From an uncultured Candidatus Saccharibacteria bacterium (lineage in GTDB: Bacteria > Patescibacteriota > Dojkabacteria > J137), in contig CAYTGI010000005.1 in the NCBI GenBank assembly GCA_964437465.1, positions 5,203 to 69,202 of the forward strand: a stretch of DNA of 64,000 nt, read 5' to 3'. The position numbers and the translations under genes were made by a program. Below, piece by piece: positions 59,296-64,000 of the stretch. The notes under the pieces are model-generated. The model ran no database searches. It had not been told where the DNA came from and was given only the letters and a program-made list of their open reading frames with translations. Each line of letters opens with the position of its first letter. Position 1 is the first letter of the stretch.

Positions 59296-62200
59296 CTACC
59301 ACCTAGTATAAAGTAAACTCTCATGATCACCCTCCTCTTTTGGAATCTCCTGCCAGATCCTTTCACTAATAAAAGGCATAAACGGATGGAGCATTTTTAG
59401 ATATTCTTTAAGAGCAAGTAATAGAACTTTTTGAGCTTCTCTCTTCTCTTCTGGTTTAGCCTCACTAATAATTTCACCAGTTTCTTTATCCTTGAATGTG
59501 TAGATGAATGGTTTTAATGCTTCAATGTATACGTCAGCGAACTCATGCCAGAATCCTTGGTATAAATTATAAGTTGCATGTCCGAATTCAAACTCTTCAA
59601 TATTTTTTGTTATATGTTCTTTAGTCACCTTTACATGCTTAAATAACTTTTTTATTTCTTTAATTTTTAAATCACTCTCCTCTACTCCATAAACTGAGTG
59701 ATCAGCTTTATCCATATCCTCTAAATTCATTAGAACAAACCTTGAAGCATTCCAAATCTTATTGGCAAACTTTTTAAATGTATCTAATTTCTCATGAGTC
59801 ATAGAATAATCTCCTCCAGCTGAGTTTTGGTAGAAGAACACCATTCTAATTGCATCAGTACCGTACTTCTCTCTTAGATCATCAATATACAAAATATTAC
59901 CTTTAGACTTACTCATCTTCTGTCCATCGCTTGCCTTAACAAGACCTGTTAGGAAAAGATTTTTAAAAGGAATATTTCTGTATTTAAAGTAAGTAAACAT
60001 CATCATTCGACTATCCCAATTCTCTAGAATGTCATAAGCTGAAACTAAAACATCACTTGGGAAGAATGTATCCATTAAGTCATATTTACTTAATGTAGCG
60101 TAAACCCACTGACCAGAGCTGAACCAAGTGTCGAGAACGTTTTCGTCTTGGTTCCATTCGGAAGTTGTAAGTTTTGAGTTATGAGTTTCGAGTATTGAGA
60201 ATAGCTTCTCAGAGTAACTACTTGAGTCTTCAGATGCATAATGACCTTTACCTTTTTCTAAGATTACTTGGTCAGCGTTAACTAATTCACCAAATTTTTT
60301 AAACTCTTCTACTGTTCCATGCCGATCATTATCTGAGTGTATTATTATTATTTCTCCGACATATTTTCTTATGTTTTCATAATCTTCAGTTTCTGTTATT
60401 AGTTCTACATATTTACTATCCTTACCATCTTCTCTTGGAACCATTCTGATTCCTGGAGCAAGCATAATTAACTTATTTACTTTAATTTTATTTTCTAAAC
60501 AATATTTAATAAATGCTCTAGCACCAAGAGAATGAGTAACTATTATATCCTTATCAGTAAATTCTATATCATCAAAACCTTCTTTGTAGAATTTATATTC
60601 AGGATTATGAATATTCTTTACAGGAATAATCTCAGTATTATCAAACTTTGCCTCAATCTCTGGATAAATATCTCTGTATGCATAGCCATGTTTCCCAGGT
60701 ATTAAAATAATCTTGCTGTCTGATAACTTGTCAGGACTTTCTTTCTGTACTCTTAAATGATTAGGATTATCGTACTCAAGCTCTACCCACTCATCAGTAC
60801 CTGAAATTTTAATCATCTCACGGACTTGACCGTCAGATCCGATATCTTCTTTAACTTCGCCATGGTACCAAACAGGAAGTCTATAACCCCACCATAATGA
60901 TCTCGATATCGCCCAGTCTCTAAGGTTATTCATCCAGTGGTTATATTTTGAAGTCATTGATTCAGGGTGTAGGGTGATTGCTAACTTATCTGAATCTTTT
61001 TGAGAGGACAAACCATGGTTTGTCCCTACAAGCTTAGAGGAAGCGTTAAATATTTCAATTGCCTGATCAATTTCTTTATCACTCATATCTAAATTAGAAT
61101 CATCTCCATGAACATTTTTAATCATCTTTATAGCAGCTTCTCTAATTCCGTCATATTTTAAGTACCACTGAGAAGATAGGAGAGGCTCGATTGGAGCTTT
61201 TGTTCGCTCAGCTATTTGAATTCTATTTTCATATTTCTCATCAACAAAAACTAAGTTTCCATGTTCCTTCATATCGGGACGCATCTCTTCTCTTGCATTC
61301 TTAGCCTTAATTCCTGAGTATTTCCCAGCAAGGTCATTAAGCTTTAAATCGTAGCCAATAACTTGGATTGCAGGTAAACATTCTTTAGGATGTCTTTGAC
61401 CTATCTCCCAATCCTCTGGAGAGTGGGCAGGGGTAACTTTTAGAAGACCTGTTCCAAAGTCTTTATCTACAGCATAGTCAGAGATAAAGTTTAGCTTTTT
61501 CTTTTCTCCTAAGAACTCAACCTCAATTTCTTTTCCAACAAAATCTTTATATCTTTCATCTTTTGGATCGCACGCGATAGCAGTATCAGCAAAAATAGTC
61601 TCAGGTCTTACAGTTCCAATTACAAATCCATTTCGATAATACTTATCTTCTGAATACTCTTCGAACTTAATTATGTGCGAGCCTGGATAATACTTTGATT
61701 CAAAGTTAAAAATCTCAAAGATTTCTGAATCAAGATCTTCATCAAAGCTCTCGTTAACTATGACGATTTTGTAATTTTCATCTAAGCTCATATGAACTCC
61801 GATTGCTTTTCCAGTTACATCATTATCAATATCTTCGTCAGTGTATCCAATTCCGATAACAGGTAGTCCTTCCTCAGTTTCTCCATGCATAAATGGAAGA
61901 TCATTTTTCTTGTCTTTTGTTTTATTTCTTAATGCTTTAAATGCGACATTTTTGCCTTCATACTTTTGTTTTATCTCCAAAACTTCTTTGACTGGTTCTC
62001 CAATTAAATATTTAAAGTAGAAAAACGGAGTAACTGAATCTTTATACTCTACCTGATTATCAGCAACTGCTGATCTAGCTTTTGGATCCCAATTTACTAA
62101 CCGAACTCCTTTATAGATCATTCCATCTTTATACATTTCAATGAATGTATCTAAAACAATCTCAACAATATCTGGATCAAGGGTAAATGTATTTTTATCA

Positions 62201-62664
62201 AAATCTGCAGAAAGTCCAATATCTTGTTCATCCTTTAAAGCTTGCTCCATGTTCTGCTCAAAAAACTCCATCATCATTTCGTAGAACTTTTCTCTTTCTA
62301 GATCAAATTTATTAATCTTTTTCTTTTCTAGAACTTCTCTAACAAAAACTCCTTCTCCCTCTAATCCTGCGTGATCTTTTCCAGGTAGAACTAAAACTTT
62401 TTTTCCTTTCATTCTTTGATATCTAGCCATTGCATCCATGTATGCGTACCCAGAAATATTACCAATATGTGGTCTTCCGTAAGCATTAGGTGGAGGACAG
62501 ATTAGAGACCAAGCTTCTCGTTTATCATTTTTCATCTCTTCCTGTGAAAGAACTTTATTTGAATTAGGATCAAACTCAGGTTTATACATTCCTGATTCCA
62601 TCCATTTTTTTATTAAGTCTGCTTCGTGGTCTTTTGCGTTGTATCCTCCTTTTGGTAGTGCCAT
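59296..62664 (-). CDS. valS: Valyl-tRNA synthetase with an inserted alpha/beta serine-hydrolase domain (start ATG 62664 or TTG 62670)
   Basis: HIGN (PPPNAYGRPHIGN), CP1 editing motifs (TVRPETIFADTAI, GTGLLKVTPAHSPEDWEIGQRH), DWAISRSLWWGYRLPVWY, DTWFSS and KMSKSKGN. About 240 extra residues between PVWY and DTWFSS carry THSLG and HSDNDRHG...GKGHY hydrolase motifs. Confidence 0.85.
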   Translation of the reverse strand: MALPKGGYNAKDHEADLIKKWMESGMYKPEFDPNSNKVLSQEEMKNDKREAWSLICPPPNAYGRPHIGNISGYAYMDAMARYQRMKGKKVLVLPGKDHAGLEGEGVFVREVLEKKKINKFDLEREKFYEMMMEFFEQNMEQALKDEQDIGLSADFDKNTFTLDPDIVEIVLDTFIEMYKDGMIYKGVRLVNWDPKARSAVADNQVEYKDSVTPFFYFKYLIGEPVKEVLEIKQKYEGKNVAFKALRNKTKDKKNDLPFMHGETEEGLPVIGIGYTDEDIDNDVTGKAIGVHMSLDENYKIVIVNESFDEDLDSEIFEIFNFESKYYPGSHIIKFEEYSEDKYYRNGFVIGTVRPETIFADTAIACDPKDERYKDFVGKEIEVEFLGEKKKLNFISDYAVDKDFGTGLLKVTPAHSPEDWEIGQRHPKECLPAIQVIGYDLKLNDLAGKYSGIKAKNAREEMRPDMKEHGNLVFVDEKYENRIQIAERTKAPIEPLLSSQWYLKYDGIREAAIKMIKNVHGDDSNLDMSDKEIDQAIEIFNASSKLVGTNHGLSSQKDSDKLAITLHPESMTSKYNHWMNNLRDWAISRSLWWGYRLPVWYHGEVKEDIGSDGQVREMIKISGTDEWVELEYDNPNHLRVQKESPDKLSDSKIILIPGKHGYAYRDIYPEIEAKFDNTEIIPVKNIHNPEYKFYKEGFDDIEFTDKDIIVTHSLGARAFIKYCLENKIKVNKLIMLAPGIRMVPREDGKDSKYVELITETEDYENIRKYVGEIIIIHSDNDRHGTVEEFKKFGELVNADQVILEKGKGHYASEDSSSYSEKLFSILETHNSKLTTSEWNQDENVLDTWFSSGQWVYATLSKYDLMDTFFPSDVLVSAYDILENWDSRMMMFTYFKYRNIPFKNLFLTGLVKASDGQKMSKSKGNILYIDDLREKYGTDAIRMVFFYQNSAGGDYSMTHEKLDTFKKFANKIWNASRFVLMNLEDMDKADHSVYGVEESDLKIKEIKKLFKHVKVTKEHITKNIEEFEFGHATYNLYQGFWHEFADVYIEALKPFIYTFKDKETGEIISEAKPEEKREAQKVLLLALKEYLKMLHPFMPFISERIWQEIPKEEGDHESLLYTRW

Positions 62665-62910
62665 GTTCAAAGTATAAAAAGTACTTATGTACTTAAGTAC
62701 CTAGGTACTTGTGTACTATATATTCTTTGAGGACTACTCAATGGCAGTGGTACCACCTCTATTTCCCGATGAAGAATCGGAACACTTATTACAGCTATTT
62801 CGGGCATACCCGGAGGATTTTACTACTTTCGGTTCTTTCCTCAGCACACCTGTGACAAGCAAGTGTATTGCTTAACAGATTATATCTTAGTTTTTTACTA
62901 CGTGCCAGAA

Positions 62911-63618
62911 TTATTCAGTATTTGAAGGTTCTATAACTGTATTTACAACTCCAGAATTATATATCGAATCGTTATTAGGGTTGTAAAGTACGATTACTTG
63001 ATTTTCAGGGAAAACTGCAATTATATCTCCAGTTTGAGCTCTTGAATAGAAGTCTGGGTCTTGAGATACCAGTTGTTGTGGGTCTTCGACTACTGAAGCT
63101 TGAGGAACTTCTTCTTCTCCTTCAGCAATTAAACCCTCAGATTTAGCTCTTGCTAGGATTTTATTTAAAAGTTCAACTTCATTATTCTGAGCTATTTGCC
63201 CTGGTGATGGCCCATCATAAACTACTGATCTTCCATCTCTTCTATAAATGATCATTCTATCTTGATAAACAACAACATAATCTCCAGGTTGTGAATCTTT
63301 ATAGACTTCTTCTTGAATTGAATTTCCGTTCCTTAGTTCATTTAGAATATTTTGATCTAATTCAACAATATCAACAGGTACTAGGCTTTGACTTACTCCA
63401 GCTACATTTCTAACTTCTTTTAATATCTGGTCACCAAGTGTTTCTCTAGGAATGAAAAGTCCATATGCCAATAAACCAAAAATTCCAATCTGAAGAATAA
63501 TTACAGTAAAAATTATAAATTTTAAGCCTTTCATATTATTTGAGTTTTCTTTTTTCGAAGTGCCAATATTTGTTTGCTTTGCATTGTTATACTGATTTTG
63601 ATAATTCATTTTAACCAT
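62911..63618 (-). CDS. Membrane-anchored hypothetical protein
   Basis: TM helix at residues ~33-55. Confidence 0.35.
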   Translation of the reverse strand: MVKMNYQNQYNNAKQTNIGTSKKENSNNMKGLKFIIFTVIILQIGIFGLLAYGLFIPRETLGDQILKEVRNVAGVSQSLVPVDIVELDQNILNELRNGNSIQEEVYKDSQPGDYVVVYQDRMIIYRRDGRSVVYDGPSPGQIAQNNEVELLNKILARAKSEGLIAEGEEEVPQASVVEDPQQLVSQDPDFYSRAQTGDIIAVFPENQVIVLYNPNNDSIYNSGVVNTVIEPSNTE

Positions 63619-63746
63619 TTAATCTATACATTATTGAATATTTATAATAATTTTACAAGATCTCAAGTAGGTAAATAGATTGAGTTTTATATTTGAATGA
63701 CACAGAAACTATTAAACTGTAGAATTATATATTGATTTTTACTTTT

Positions 63747-64000
63747 ATGCAGATTTTACTTGGAATAGTTCTTTTTATACTGGCGATTTCAACGCTGTTA
63801 TTCTTTAACGCCAGAAGAAAATATTTACAGAACAGCGTAAACGAGATAATTCCAAAGATCGTCGTACTTAAAGTCTCAATACCATTAAATAATGATAAGA
63901 AACCCATTGCAGCTGAACAGCTAATGCAAGCTATTCACGGTACTCTTAGGTCAGATTCAAAAGGAATGGTTCCTTTTAGTTTTGAAATTGTAGCTAATCA
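63747..64000 (+). CDS. Hypothetical membrane protein (partial; runs past the window end)
   Basis: MQILLGIVLFILAISTLLFF... open to the window edge. Confidence 0.3.
   Translation, partial: MQILLGIVLFILAISTLLFFNARRKYLQNSVNEIIPKIVVLKVSIPLNNDKKPIAAEQLMQAIHGTLRSDSKGMVPFSFEIVAN

Overview
This is an AT-rich (roughly one-third GC) bacterial chromosomal window read with the standard genetic code. Long housekeeping genes (rpoB, rpoC, valS, infB) are intact in that code. Gene content and style (small proteins, eukaryote/archaeal-type TyrRS, IDI-2, short IF-2, fused tsaC-tsaE) resemble a reduced CPR/Patescibacteria-like genome, but this cannot be confirmed without database searches. The core backbone is rpsT, tyrA, tyrS, ccdA plus a thioredoxin-like partner, idi-2, tsaC-tsaE, trxA-trxB with a CsoR-like regulator, infB, ftsW/rodA, rpoB-rpoC-rpsL-[methyltransferase]-rpsG, sufU, a manC-like gene and valS. 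Three regions stand out as accessory or unusual. (1) 15.6-21.3 kb holds a minus-strand cluster with a 750-aa membrane-tethered ECF sigma factor fusion flanked by four paralogous membrane-anchored proteins that each carry a eukaryote-like VWC-type cysteine module. (2) 28.0-34.4 kb is a toxin-antitoxin island with five TA modules: intact RHH/Phd/MazE antitoxins beside RelE, YafQ and PIN toxins that are each disrupted once, punctuated by GTAC-core octamer tandem repeats and a GC-rich, probably horizontally acquired, secreted-protein gene. (3) 45.3-53.1 kb encodes two giant paralogous tail-fibre-like surface proteins in the position where fusA/tuf would normally follow rpsG. ValRS (59.3-62.7 kb) carries an inserted alpha/beta serine-hydrolase domain that has a free-standing paralog at 6.9-7.4 kb. 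A Tyr-codon-rich leader peptide with a terminator upstream of tyrA looks like a transcription attenuator. Four genes appear interrupted by single-base indels in homopolymer runs, which most likely reflects sequencing error.
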